A stretch of DNA of 64,000 nucleotides from Candidatus Latescibacterota bacterium (GTDB lineage Bacteria; Latescibacterota; UBA2968; GCA-2709665). Each line of letters opens with the position of its first letter. Position 1 is the first letter of the stretch. The position numbers were made by a program, and so were the translations under genes. Below, piece after piece: positions 1 to 9,471 of this stretch. Under the pieces are notes generated by a model. That model did no database searches and was not told the origin of the DNA. It was given only the letters and a program-made list of their open reading frames with translations. The stretch covers positions 352,001 to 416,000 of the forward strand of contig OZ241917.1 of the NCBI GenBank assembly GCA_965203805.1. The letters run 5' to 3'.

Positions 1-1
1 G

Positions 2-295
2 GACGCGGCCGGCGACAACCCCAGGACATTCGATTTCTCAGCGAGCAAATATGAGATTTCGACGTCCGCGATTACGCGTTCGCGGTATCTGCTCATGCGG
101 CAGGGTTACCGTTCGTCATCCGAATCGCCGATCACGATATACCATAAGGCCAAAGTCGAAAAGGGCAAGATTACGCTGGAAGACGGGCTGATTCGCATCT
201 CGCACGAGCGAGGGTACAGCGAGGAATTCGGGGGCGATCGGATGGTCGCGTCGTTTCCCGGTGTATTTGTGGATACCTGGAAGCGGGTGCGGTAG
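2..295 (+). CDS. Hypothetical protein, 3' part (runs off window start)
   Basis: Frame 2 is open from base 2 (DAAGDNPRTFDF...) to TAG at 293-295; no recognisable motif. Confidence 0.55.
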   Translation, partial: DAAGDNPRTFDFSASKYEISTSAITRSRYLLMRQGYRSSSESPITIYHKAKVEKGKITLEDGLIRISHERGYSEEFGGDRMVASFPGVFVDTWKRVR

Positions 296-450
296 GGTGG
301 GTGGCGGCACGGCGGGCAACCCCGGGCAGCCGCGGTTCGCAGTGACGACGTGACAAACGACAGTCTCGGAGCGTCCTGAATTCCCGCTGGACGCGCTGGT
401 TTTCCGAAGAACGAACGTCGTCTGAATTGCAGCAGAACGGGAAATGAATC

Positions 451-480
451 AGGCCGGACAATTCTCCGAGCCTTTTTTTT
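451..480 (+). terminator. Intrinsic terminator
   Basis: AGGC-CGGA/TCCG-A-GCCT hairpin followed by a run of 8 T. Confidence 0.65.
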
Positions 481-563
481 ATCTATTACACCCATTCGGA
501 CCGCCCGTGGGACGGCCTGGCGGACGTACCACAGGCGATGGCGAAGCCGCAAGGAGATTGGTT

Positions 564-1985
564 ATGGCGGGGTTCTTTGAGCCACTGAAAGGCTTCGAAG
601 TCAGAAAGATGCCGGCACGAAAACCGTCTTTCTGGAAACTGGCCGGTCCTGGCGCCATTCTGGTGGGGCTTTCCATTGGTGCGGGCGAGATCGTCATCTG
701 GCCGCGCATCGTCGCGGAATACGGGGCGAGCATGGTGTGGGCGGCCTGTCTCGGCATCTTTTTGCAGCTCTGGATCAACTTTGAAGTGGGGAGATGGACC
801 GTTGCCACGGGCGAAACGGTATATACGGGGTACAGCAGGGTGTGGCGCGGATTCGCTCCCGTATTTATTCTGTTGACGATATTCAGCTGGATCGCGCCTG
901 GTTGGGGCCGCGCGTCGGGGTTGGCCCTGAAAGCGCTGCTGGTGGGGCCGCACGGATGGGGTTCGGATACATTCTGGACGATCATCACCTTTGCGGGAGT
1001 GGCCCTGATTCTGTTCGGTCCGAAGCTCATCTACCAGTCCGTCGAGCGTAGCATCGAACTGCTCGTGGTGGTTGTGACAGTCGGTCTGATTGTGGTCGCG
1101 TACGCGGTTGGGTCGGCGGAGACCTGGACCTCGCTGGGGAGGGGTGTTGTCAATGTCGGCTACATCGATCCGGGCATGAGCGTCAAGGCGATGTTCATCG
1201 CCCTGGTATTTGCGGGCGCCGGCGGCACGGCCAATCTCTTCTATACATTCTACCTGCGGGACAAGCATATCGGGATGGGAGCGCATTTGCCCGAAATGCG
1301 GAACCCGCTCCGGGGGCGGACCGAGGCGGTGCCCTCCACCGGGTTCCGGTTTGAGGAGACCGACGAGAATATCGGTCATTTCAGACACTGGTTCGACTAT
1401 GTGAAGAAAGACCAGATGCTGTTCTTCTGGGCCCTGAATTCCGTAACCATCCTGCTGTTTATCTTTGGCGCGCTCGCAGTCCTGCATCCGAACGGGATCG
1501 TCCCGGCCGGGGGCACGCTGATCTGGGACGAGGCCGAGGTCCTGGCAACGGTGTGGGGCGAGACGGGGAGATATGTCTTTCTGGTGGTGGGACTGGCCAC
1601 CCTGTTCAGCACACAGCTTGCGCTCGTCGACGGGGTGTCGCGGTCCATTGCCGACATGGTGTACACCAATTTCAGAGGTGCGAGGAAGCGGGAATTGAGC
1701 TGGTGGTACCTGGTCGTGGCGGCGACGTGGATTGTGGCCGGCTGCGTCATTACCTATGTGATGGAAGCCCGCGGGGTGAGCGAACTGGGATTCCTGTTCA
1801 ACGCCGCCTATATTGGCGGTTTCGCGATGGCGATTTATACCCCCCTCACGCTCTTCATCAACCATCGCCACCTGCCGGCGGCGGCCCGGCCCGGATGGGT
1901 GTGCACCCTCATGATGGGAATTGCATCGCTCGTGTACATTGTATTCGCCGTGGCTTGCCTGCTCTGGGAATTCGGGTGGATATGA
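564..1985 (+). CDS. Nramp-like (APC superfamily) membrane transporter
   Basis: About 11 hydrophobic segments; GPG(x7)GAGE start typical of Nramp-related transporters; AAGGAG RBS before ATG 564; canonical DPGN metal motif absent. Confidence 0.8.
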   Translation: MAGFFEPLKGFEVRKMPARKPSFWKLAGPGAILVGLSIGAGEIVIWPRIVAEYGASMVWAACLGIFLQLWINFEVGRWTVATGETVYTGYSRVWRGFAPVFILLTIFSWIAPGWGRASGLALKALLVGPHGWGSDTFWTIITFAGVALILFGPKLIYQSVERSIELLVVVVTVGLIVVAYAVGSAETWTSLGRGVVNVGYIDPGMSVKAMFIALVFAGAGGTANLFYTFYLRDKHIGMGAHLPEMRNPLRGRTEAVPSTGFRFEETDENIGHFRHWFDYVKKDQMLFFWALNSVTILLFIFGALAVLHPNGIVPAGGTLIWDEAEVLATVWGETGRYVFLVVGLATLFSTQLALVDGVSRSIADMVYTNFRGARKRELSWWYLVVAATWIVAGCVITYVMEARGVSELGFLFNAAYIGGFAMAIYTPLTLFINHRHLPAAARPGWVCTLMMGIASLVYIVFAVACLLWEFGWI

Positions 1986-2015
1986 GTGTGATCCGAGTGT
2001 CGGGAGTCCGAGAGA

Positions 2016-3080
2016 ATGTCGTCCCACGGCGCAATCTTCCGCGTGGCGCTGACCGCCGATTTCTACGATGCTGACGGAACGTGCAAATTTACCGATATGG
2101 GCCTTTCCGTATTCGACGACCATGCCCATATCCGGACGTCGGTATTTCGCGGACATCGGCCGGAGATCGGTCCTGATCAGGTAGAAAACGTCCAGGGTGT
2201 CGTCGTACTAACGCCGGCCGTTACCGCGGCGACGGTTTCGACATCGGAAAACCTGCTGGCCATCGGCCGTTTCGGCGTGGGGTACGACTCGGTCGACGTG
2301 GCGGCATGTACGGAGGCCGACGTGGCCGTACTCATCACGGCCGGTGCGGTAGACCGGTCGGTGGCGGAGGCAACCGTGGGCTGGATGATCGCGCTCACCC
2401 ACCACATGCGCGTCAAGGACCGGCTGGTGCGTACCGGCGGGTGGGATGAACGAACGCGATATATGGGAAGTGAATTGCGTGACCGCACGTTCGGCGCAGT
2501 GGGGCTGGGCGGGATCGCACGGGAGACGGTGCGGTTGCTGGGGACGTTCGGAATGGGTCCGCCTCTCGCATTCGATCCGTACGTCGATCCGCGGGAGGCG
2601 CGGAAGCTGGGCGTGACCCTGGTGTCGCTCCCGGATCTGTTGTCCGCTTCCGATTTTGTGTCCATCCACTGTCCGTTGACCGACGAGACGGAGGGCCTGA
2701 TCGGCGCGCGGGAGCTGTCCCTGATGAAACGCAACGCCTATCTGATCAATACCGCGAGGGGCGGGATCGTGGATGAGGACGCACTGTTCGACGCCCTGGA
2801 AGCGGGCGCGATCGCGGGCGCGGCGCTGGACTGTTTCGCGGTGGAACCGGTTGTGAAGCCGCAACGGTTGGGCGGATTCGATAACGTTCTGCTTGCGCCG
2901 CATTCGGTTGCGTGGACGGATGAGTTGTTCCGCGACATCGGACGAGCGGTCTGCCGGAGTATGGTGGCGCTGTCTCTCGGAACGAAACCACCCGGCGTTG
3001 TGAATCCCGACGTCTTCCGCCGCCGCGGATTTCAGGAGAAGTGGTCCCGGCTGCGTTGGAGACAAGCCGCCGGCGCGTAA
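2016..3080 (+). CDS. D-isomer-specific 2-hydroxyacid dehydrogenase (SerA-like)
   Basis: GVGYDSVD, GLGGIA, HCPLT.ET, INTARG, ALDCF..EP and PH motifs. Confidence 0.92.
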   Translation: MSSHGAIFRVALTADFYDADGTCKFTDMGLSVFDDHAHIRTSVFRGHRPEIGPDQVENVQGVVVLTPAVTAATVSTSENLLAIGRFGVGYDSVDVAACTEADVAVLITAGAVDRSVAEATVGWMIALTHHMRVKDRLVRTGGWDERTRYMGSELRDRTFGAVGLGGIARETVRLLGTFGMGPPLAFDPYVDPREARKLGVTLVSLPDLLSASDFVSIHCPLTDETEGLIGARELSLMKRNAYLINTARGGIVDEDALFDALEAGAIAGAALDCFAVEPVVKPQRLGGFDNVLLAPHSVAWTDELFRDIGRAVCRSMVALSLGTKPPGVVNPDVFRRRGFQEKWSRLRWRQAAGA

Positions 3081-3143
3081 GCGGTCATTACCGCCGGTTA
3101 CCTGCTCATTCGAGCCGCATTCACCCGAATAAGGGGACGGACT

Positions 3144-4616
3144 GTGTCTGAGGTCATTCGAATTCACCCCGATAACAGAAAGATCTTCGACTATCGCGGA
3201 CGCGCGCTGGTGCTGGTCTGCGCGACCGAGCACTACGGGGCCGTGATGAACAGGCCGTTCCGGTTCGAACGCTATCTGCAGGACGCCGCTGCACGTGGGC
3301 AGACGCTCACACGGTTGTTCACCCTGTTCAGAGAATTGCAGACGCCCGTGAATCCGTACTCGACCTGCAAGCCGGAATCGCCGGACTATATTGCGCCGTT
3401 CGAAAGGACGGGGCCCGGAAACGCTCGGGACGGACAGCCGCGGTACGATCTGACGCGCCGGAACGCCGAGTTTTTCGATCGGCTGCATTCGTTCCTGTCT
3501 CTTGCGGAGTCGTATGGGATCATCGTGGAGGTTGTGCTCTTCAGCAACACGTACAAGGACGAGGTCTGGGCGCTCAATCCGCTGAATCCCGCCAACAATA
3601 TAACCATGGAGCCGCCGGATCATCCGGTGCCCTGGCAGGAGTATATGACGTGCCGGCGCAAGGACCTGCTGGACTGGCAGCGCGCGCACGTACGCCGTAT
3701 CGTCACGGAGACCAACCGGTACGGGAACGTGATCTACGAGATCTGCAACGAACCGTGTCATTTCCCCGGTCCTGACGATCTGCCCGGATCCGAAGAGGTG
3801 AATGGCTGGCAGGCGCAGTTCATCGAACAGATTCGTGAACTGGAAAGCGGGATGCCGAAGCAGCACCTGATTGCGGGACAGGAAGCGATGACGATCAGGC
3901 CGTTCGATCAGCCTTCCGACGGATCGTTCCGCGCCATGGATTTCGACGTGGTGAATATACACCCGCTGCCCAATACCCTGTGCGACGGTCGAAGTTACGA
4001 TCTTGGCGACTTCATGTCCAAGCAGCTCAAGCTTAGGCCGTTGCGTGATTTTTCCCTCGCAGCCTACGAACGGTCGAAACCGCTGAATCACGATGAGGAC
4101 AACATCGCAACCCAGTACAAGGAAGTCGAGGGATGGACGGTCCATCGCAAGCGGGCCTGGACCTCGCTGTTTTCAGGGGCCCATTACGATATGATCGACT
4201 TTTCCATCCTGCCGTATCTCGAGGCGGGAACGCCCGAGTCACGAAACGGGATTCGAAGGTGGATGGGCAACCTGTCCGGATTTATCCACTCGATCGATCT
4301 TGTGAGGGCGCGCCCGTTGATGCCGGGATGGCTGAGGGAACGGCCCGACCACACGCTTGAATCGGTATTCGCGGTTGCAGGCGAGGACTACTGCATCTAC
4401 CTGGCCGACGACCGCGAGCGCGAGGAAGCCGGATGCGGCGATCCGATTGAGGGACGGCTTTGCATTGACCTGCCGCCAGGCGCGTTTGAAATGTGCTGTT
4501 TTTCGCCGGTAGACGGCGTCTATTCTCCCGGTGTGCCAATCGACGGAGGCTTGCGCCGGCTGGTTGTGCCGCCGTTTCGGCACGATATTGTCGTTCGCGT
4601 GACGAAAGTGGAGTAA
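3144..4616 (+). CDS. Putative TIM-barrel glycoside hydrolase (GH5/cellulase-like) with C-terminal beta domain
   Basis: YEICNEP acid/base motif, FFDRL..F..LA...GI.VEV pattern, PL..DE putative nucleophile region. Confidence 0.65.
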   Translation: MSEVIRIHPDNRKIFDYRGRALVLVCATEHYGAVMNRPFRFERYLQDAAARGQTLTRLFTLFRELQTPVNPYSTCKPESPDYIAPFERTGPGNARDGQPRYDLTRRNAEFFDRLHSFLSLAESYGIIVEVVLFSNTYKDEVWALNPLNPANNITMEPPDHPVPWQEYMTCRRKDLLDWQRAHVRRIVTETNRYGNVIYEICNEPCHFPGPDDLPGSEEVNGWQAQFIEQIRELESGMPKQHLIAGQEAMTIRPFDQPSDGSFRAMDFDVVNIHPLPNTLCDGRSYDLGDFMSKQLKLRPLRDFSLAAYERSKPLNHDEDNIATQYKEVEGWTVHRKRAWTSLFSGAHYDMIDFSILPYLEAGTPESRNGIRRWMGNLSGFIHSIDLVRARPLMPGWLRERPDHTLESVFAVAGEDYCIYLADDREREEAGCGDPIEGRLCIDLPPGAFEMCCFSPVDGVYSPGVPIDGGLRRLVVPPFRHDIVVRVTKVE

Positions 4617-4619
4617 CGG

Positions 4620-5007
4620 ATGGGACGCATGGACGGACAGGTCGCCTGGGTGAGCGGGGGCGCTTCCGGAATGGGAGAGGCCACGGCCGAACTGTTCGCT
4701 TCCGAAGGCGCCGGCGTCGCCGTTGTCGACATCCAGGAGGAGCGTGGCCGCTCGGTGGCGCATCGTATCAGGAAACGGGGCGGTGAGGCGATCTTTCTGG
4801 GGTGCGACGTTGCGCAGGAAGAGCAGGTGCGGGAGTCCATCGAGGCGACGGTGGCGAATTTCGACGGCCTGCAGACAATTGTCAACTGTGCAGGAATCGT
4901 GCATGTCGCGTGCCTGCACACGTATTCCGGGAGGGACTGGGACCGTTTGATGGGGGTCAATCTCAAGTCCGTTTTCTTTTCGGTCAAGTACGGTATTCCG
5001 CACTTAC
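4620..5007 (+). pseudogene. SDR oxidoreductase, N-terminal half (interrupted by IS1380)
   Basis: SGGASGMG, NCAG, VNL motifs; homology stops at TTAC 5004-5007. Confidence 0.9.
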
Positions 5008-6688
5008 CCCCAATTATTCACAAAAAAGGTAGTTTCCATACCCAAGTCATTGTATTATATTGTGGTTACGCAAATAACCATAACACAATGAAACAGGAGG
5101 AAACTACCGTGGAAGTTCAAGATAAACAAGCCGCACTTCCTTTCGCAAGTATTTCTGGCAAGCAGGTAGAAGCGGTCTTCGATGGCGGTGTGCTCACCAG
5201 CGATATGGGTTTGATGCTGCTTCGAGAGGTGGAGTCCAAAAACGGCATCCTGTCTCGGATCGTCGAGGCGTTGCCGGACCGTCGGCATCCCAGTTACGTG
5301 GATCACCCGATGGCGGATCTGATCAGCCAGCGTGTCTTTCAGATCGCGTGCGCGTATGAGGATGCGAACGATTGCAATTTGCTGCGCTTTGACCCTGCGT
5401 TCAAGGCGGCCTGTGATCGGTTGCCGATATCAGGGGCGCCGTTGGCCAGCCAACCCACGATGAGTCGATTGGAAAACGGCATTCGTCGCCGGGACTTATA
5501 TCGCATTGCCGAGGCCCTTGTGGACGGATTCATCGCGTCCTACGATAGGCCTCCCGAAGGGGTCGTTCTGGATATCGATGACACCGATGACGAGGTTCAC
5601 GGCAAGCAACAGTTGTCGTTTTTCAATGGCTATTACAATGAACGCTGTTATTGTCCCTTGCACATTTATGAAGGCCGGACAGGAAGACTGATCACGACGC
5701 TTTTGCGTCCGGGCGCCCGTCCTACCGGCAAACAGATTGTCAGCATTCTCAAGCGACTGGTGAAAATGCTTCGTGAGGCGTGGCCGGACGTGGGTATCTA
5801 TTTACGTGGCGATGGCCATTTTTCCTGTCCTGAGGTCCACGACTTTTGCGACGAGCAAGCGGTGTATTTTACGCTGGGACAGACGGGCAATGCCAGGCTT
5901 GCACAACGGGGACACGCGTTGATCGAGCAGGCAAAGGCCCGGTATCGGGAAACCGGACAGCCCGTGCAGTTATTTGCCAGTTTCGATTACCAGGCAACGA
6001 CTTGGGCCGTGCCAAGACGCATCATCTACAAAGCTGAAATCACCGCCTCGGGGCAAGCCAATACACGCTTTGTCGTCACCAACCTGAAAAGTAGCCAGCC
6101 CTCATTCATCTACAAAACCGTCTATTGTGCGCGCGGCAGGATGGAAAACTTCATCAAGAATCACAAAACCTTTCTCCATTCCGATCGCACCTCCTGCCAC
6201 ACCTTCGAAGCCAATCACTTCCGTCTCCTGCTGCATAGTGCCGCTTATGTCTTGATGCACACCCTTACCGAAAAAGGACTCCGGACCACCCAATGGACGC
6301 ACGCCCAGTTTAATACCATTCAGAATCGCATCCTCAAAGTCGCAGGGAGCGTGTCCGAACTCAAAACCAAAATCAAACTCCATTTGCCAACCTCATTTCC
6401 CTTGAAACACCTCTATGACACCATCCTCTGTAATTTGGCAATGGCAGTTCCATAACGCCGCTTCACGCAGGTCCCGCCATCCCTTGATCATAGCCGCCAG
6501 GTAAGACCAAGGCATCCGTCCGTCCTCTCAAACCACAAATTCACGAACTCGACACCCCTTGATGCTGACGGCCCAACCAAAATCACTCATCAACCCGCCA
6601 ACAACACCTCATTCTATTGTTTTCTCTTCTACAGAACACTTCCTACTTCCAAAAATACTGTTCCGGTCAATTTCATGAATAGGTCGGG
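5008..6688 (+). mobile_element. Complete IS1380-family insertion sequence, 1681 bp
   Basis: Imperfect terminal IRs CCCCAATTATTCACAAAA and CCCGACCTATTCATGAAA (reverse complement of right end; 13/18 identical); 4-bp target duplication TTAC at 5004-5007 and 6689-6692; lower GC than flanks. Confidence 0.93.
5109..6455 (+). CDS. IS1380 family DDE transposase
   Basis: GG.LTSD.G..LL, DIDDT.D..HG.QQ, RGD.HF, RG.MEN.IK motifs; AGGAGG RBS before GTG 5109 (alternative ATG 5088). Confidence 0.93.
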   Translation: MEVQDKQAALPFASISGKQVEAVFDGGVLTSDMGLMLLREVESKNGILSRIVEALPDRRHPSYVDHPMADLISQRVFQIACAYEDANDCNLLRFDPAFKAACDRLPISGAPLASQPTMSRLENGIRRRDLYRIAEALVDGFIASYDRPPEGVVLDIDDTDDEVHGKQQLSFFNGYYNERCYCPLHIYEGRTGRLITTLLRPGARPTGKQIVSILKRLVKMLREAWPDVGIYLRGDGHFSCPEVHDFCDEQAVYFTLGQTGNARLAQRGHALIEQAKARYRETGQPVQLFASFDYQATTWAVPRRIIYKAEITASGQANTRFVVTNLKSSQPSFIYKTVYCARGRMENFIKNHKTFLHSDRTSCHTFEANHFRLLLHSAAYVLMHTLTEKGLRTTQWTHAQFNTIQNRILKVAGSVSELKTKIKLHLPTSFPLKHLYDTILCNLAMAVP

Positions 6689-7114
6689 TTACGGAAGCAT
6701 CGGCGAAGTTATATGGTGAATATCGGATCGGTCGGCAGCTTTATCGGTCAGGCGAATACGCCCGCCTACACCACGTCCAAGCACGCGGTTCTGGGATTGA
6801 GCCGGTCGATCGCGCTGGACTACGCCAGAGACGGGCTGCGCTGCAACTGCATCTGTCCCGGCATTACGGACACGCCCATGTTACGGTACCATCTGAATAC
6901 CACGCCCGACCCGGAGGCCACGCTGGCGCAGCGCCTGCAGCGCGTCCCGACGGGAGCCGTCATCAGACCCGTGGACGTGGCACGGGCAGCGCTTTACTTC
7001 TGCACGGAGGCGTCCGCCGGAATCACCGGCACGTCACTGGTCGTCGATGGCGGTTACATCGCTGCGGCGGAGTGGGAGACGGCGGGTCCGACACGTTTTG
7101 CGGAGGAACCGTGA
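6689..7114 (+). pseudogene. SDR oxidoreductase, C-terminal half
   Basis: VNIGS, YTTSK catalytic motif, N.ICPG, ITG..LVVDGG; joins the N-terminal half in frame when the IS and one TTAC are removed. Confidence 0.9.
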
Positions 7115-7116
7115 CC

Positions 7117-7947
7117 ATGAATCTGGCGTGCTCGGATTTTACGTTTCCCCTGCTTCCGCACGACGGGGCGCTTCAACTGGTCTCGATGCTGGGGTTCGAG
7201 GGTGTGGACATCGGTCTCTTCGAGGAGAGGTCTCATCTGTGGCCTTCGCGTGAGTTTCACGACGTGCCGCGCTCCGCCGGCAGACTCAAAAGAAAGCTGG
7301 ACGGTTTCGGACTGAAGCCTGCGGATGTTTTCTTGCAGACGGCGATGGATTTCGTGCCCTACGCCATCAATCATCCGATGGAGGCGCGACGCCGGAAGGC
7401 GCGCGACTGGTTTCTGAAGACACTGGAATACGCCGCCGAGTGCGGTTGCGCGCACGTCACGACGCTTCCGGGTGTGTATAACGAGGGCGAGTCCCGCGCG
7501 GATTCGTTCAGCCGGGCCGTCGATGAATTGAACTGGCGTGTGGCGAAGGCGGGCGAGTACGGCATCGTCTTCGGCGTTGAGGCGCACGTCGGGTCTCTCG
7601 CTCCCCGTCCGAAATCGGCATTGCGGCTGGTACGGGCCGTCCCCGGCCTGACGCTCACGCTGGATTACACGCACTTCACGAAAGCCGGCCTTCCGGATTC
7701 CGACGTGGAGCCCCTCATGGCATATGCCAGCCACTTCCATGCACGCGGCGCACGCAGAGGCAGGATACAGACATCCTTCGATCACAACGTCATTGACTAT
7801 CGGCGGGTTGTGGACGTGATGAAGGCGACCGGATACCCGGGATGGCTGGGCGTCGAGTACGTCTGGATCGACTGGGAGCATTGCAACGAGTGCGACAACG
7901 TCTCGGAGACGATCCGGTTCCGCGATTTTTTCAGGTCTCTGGACTGA
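7117..7947 (+). CDS. Sugar phosphate isomerase/epimerase (AP endonuclease 2 TIM barrel)
   Basis: GF.GVD, VEAH, LDYTH, HFHAR, GY.GWLGVEY motifs. Confidence 0.85.
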   Translation: MNLACSDFTFPLLPHDGALQLVSMLGFEGVDIGLFEERSHLWPSREFHDVPRSAGRLKRKLDGFGLKPADVFLQTAMDFVPYAINHPMEARRRKARDWFLKTLEYAAECGCAHVTTLPGVYNEGESRADSFSRAVDELNWRVAKAGEYGIVFGVEAHVGSLAPRPKSALRLVRAVPGLTLTLDYTHFTKAGLPDSDVEPLMAYASHFHARGARRGRIQTSFDHNVIDYRRVVDVMKATGYPGWLGVEYVWIDWEHCNECDNVSETIRFRDFFRSLD

Positions 7948-8049
7948 ATGGCAGTTCGGCGCCAACGGTCCGGCGGCAGAGAACGGCCCGGCCCGGTGTG
8001 AGACTTCCACGACGAACCAGAGTTGCTTTTTCATCGAATTCGTGTCGAG

Positions 8050-8182
8050 CTGCCAAACGCGGGCCTGATAATAGCCTGTGATATTGGCCCCTGACAGTTG
8101 CAATACGGCACGCCCATTCTCATCGGTTGCATTGTACGCTGAGTATTCCGCAACCCATCCAGAAACAGACTGGGCAAGGCAT
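8050..8182 (-). pseudogene. Probable fragment of a secreted-protein beta domain
   Basis: Minus strand reads LAQSVSGWVAEYSAYNATDENGRAVLQLSGANITGYYQARVWQ, protein-like (TDENG.A carboxypeptidase-regulatory-like pattern), with no clean start or stop. Confidence 0.35.
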
Positions 8183-8333
8183 AACCCCCATTCGTTGGGT
8201 CAGCTTCCAAGGACTACTCCGATAGAATAAATGCCTCTTCAAATACGAGGAAGTCTTGCGCCCCCTGCGTGCCATACCAGTGCACAACAAACGACAATAG
8301 GCCCGTAAATTGTAATCGCGAAGGGAATCGTGT

Positions 8334-8864
8334 TTATCGAGTTCTTACGGGCGGTTGTATAGGCGCTTGTTTTGGCAGGGTAGTTTCCTTTTCCAGACAG
8401 TATGACCTATTGAATTTGGTCCACTCATCAACAAATACACCTGTGTATTTGTCAACCATTCGTAAGACAAACTGGTTTCGAAATCCGTGTACACCTAACA
8501 CACCGATTCGCCAGGTGACGGCGTATTCCTCTTGTTCAGAATAGTTGTCGAGGACAACCTTCCGCAATTCAATCCCAAGACTGAAGGCGGTTCTGGATAC
8601 ATTAACAACTACATATAAGATTGGGTGAAAATCCCCACCTTGTTCAATCGTGAATTCTCTAGGTACGAGTAATTTGGCCGCACGAAGTTTATCTTCTACG
8701 ATTCTCACTATTTGATTTCTTGTCAATCTGATTCGTTCTGCAGAATTTGGTAATTCCTCAACTCTAAGGTGCACTCCAAGACACTTCGTATATAATTGAA
8801 ACTGCGCCATATCAGATTTGGCTTCGATGGATTGAAGCGATAAAAGAAAAAATAGGACAATCAT
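8334..8864 (-). CDS. Hypothetical secreted protein, low GC
   Basis: Open frame in an AT-rich patch; hydrophobic N-terminus MIVLFFLLSLQSIEA resembling a signal peptide; start could be further upstream (8903). Confidence 0.7.
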   Translation of the reverse strand: MIVLFFLLSLQSIEAKSDMAQFQLYTKCLGVHLRVEELPNSAERIRLTRNQIVRIVEDKLRAAKLLVPREFTIEQGGDFHPILYVVVNVSRTAFSLGIELRKVVLDNYSEQEEYAVTWRIGVLGVHGFRNQFVLRMVDKYTGVFVDEWTKFNRSYCLEKETTLPKQAPIQPPVRTR

Positions 8865-9020
8865 TGCTTTTTTATCCTTGAAGAATTGATTGGATCTTTG
8901 CAATAGAAAAAGCGTTTCGAGATAAGTCTTTAAACCGGACAGCTTCGGGCAGACTCGCCTGGGTCGGGCTCGAAACCGACCGCTACACCCGGGCGTTCGT
9001 GTCGCACCGAGGCACGCACA

Positions 9021-9250
9021 TCATGCTCCCGGACCGGGCGGCGGCTGTCGTGCGTCCTGCGCAAGCACGGCGGCTATCACGCTGTTCCTGTGGACATCTA
9101 TCCCGACGTACGCCTTGGTCTTTCTCTTCATAGGGTCGGTCTCCTCTTCCGGTTGCGTCTTCATCACGTCACACGTCGCTCTGGCGCCTCCGCCCACCGG
9201 GGCGATCACCCGCGGTAATACAGGGAAGGTCCGGCCCTACCATAGCTTCC
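9021..9250 (-). mobile_element. IS110-family remnant: left non-coding end plus first ~30 codons of the DEDD recombinase
   Basis: ATG 9131 after GAGGAG RBS gives MKRKTKAYVGIDVHRNSVIAAVL (IS110 N-terminal G.D.H motif); stop at 9021; upstream stem 9131-9139 with 9231-9239. Confidence 0.75.
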
Positions 9251-9471
9251 AGGAAGGAGTCCGAGATGACGACCGACAAGCATCCACAACCGCCGAGCAG
9301 CCTGTCCGGGAACTTCCGCATTGCGGGCGCAGTTGCAGCTCGGCTTATCGTCCCGGTCCGGCCCACGCCGACACGCCAGCGTGGGTCTCCGCCGTGGCGC
9401 ACAACCCGGCTGTTGTCCAACGCCATTCGGCGAGCGTGGTCTCGGGACACGGAAAGCGGTATGGCTTAGGC

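Noticed and set aside
4620-6455. 611-aa ORF as an evolved SDR-transposase gene
   Set aside because: IRs and the TTAC duplication show it is a by-product of IS insertion; the SDR continues at 6689.
9266-9469. 67-aa ORF with an AGGAG RBS between the IS110 end and the LRR gene
   Set aside because: No motif, Pro/Arg-rich composition typical of non-coding GC-rich DNA; insufficient support.
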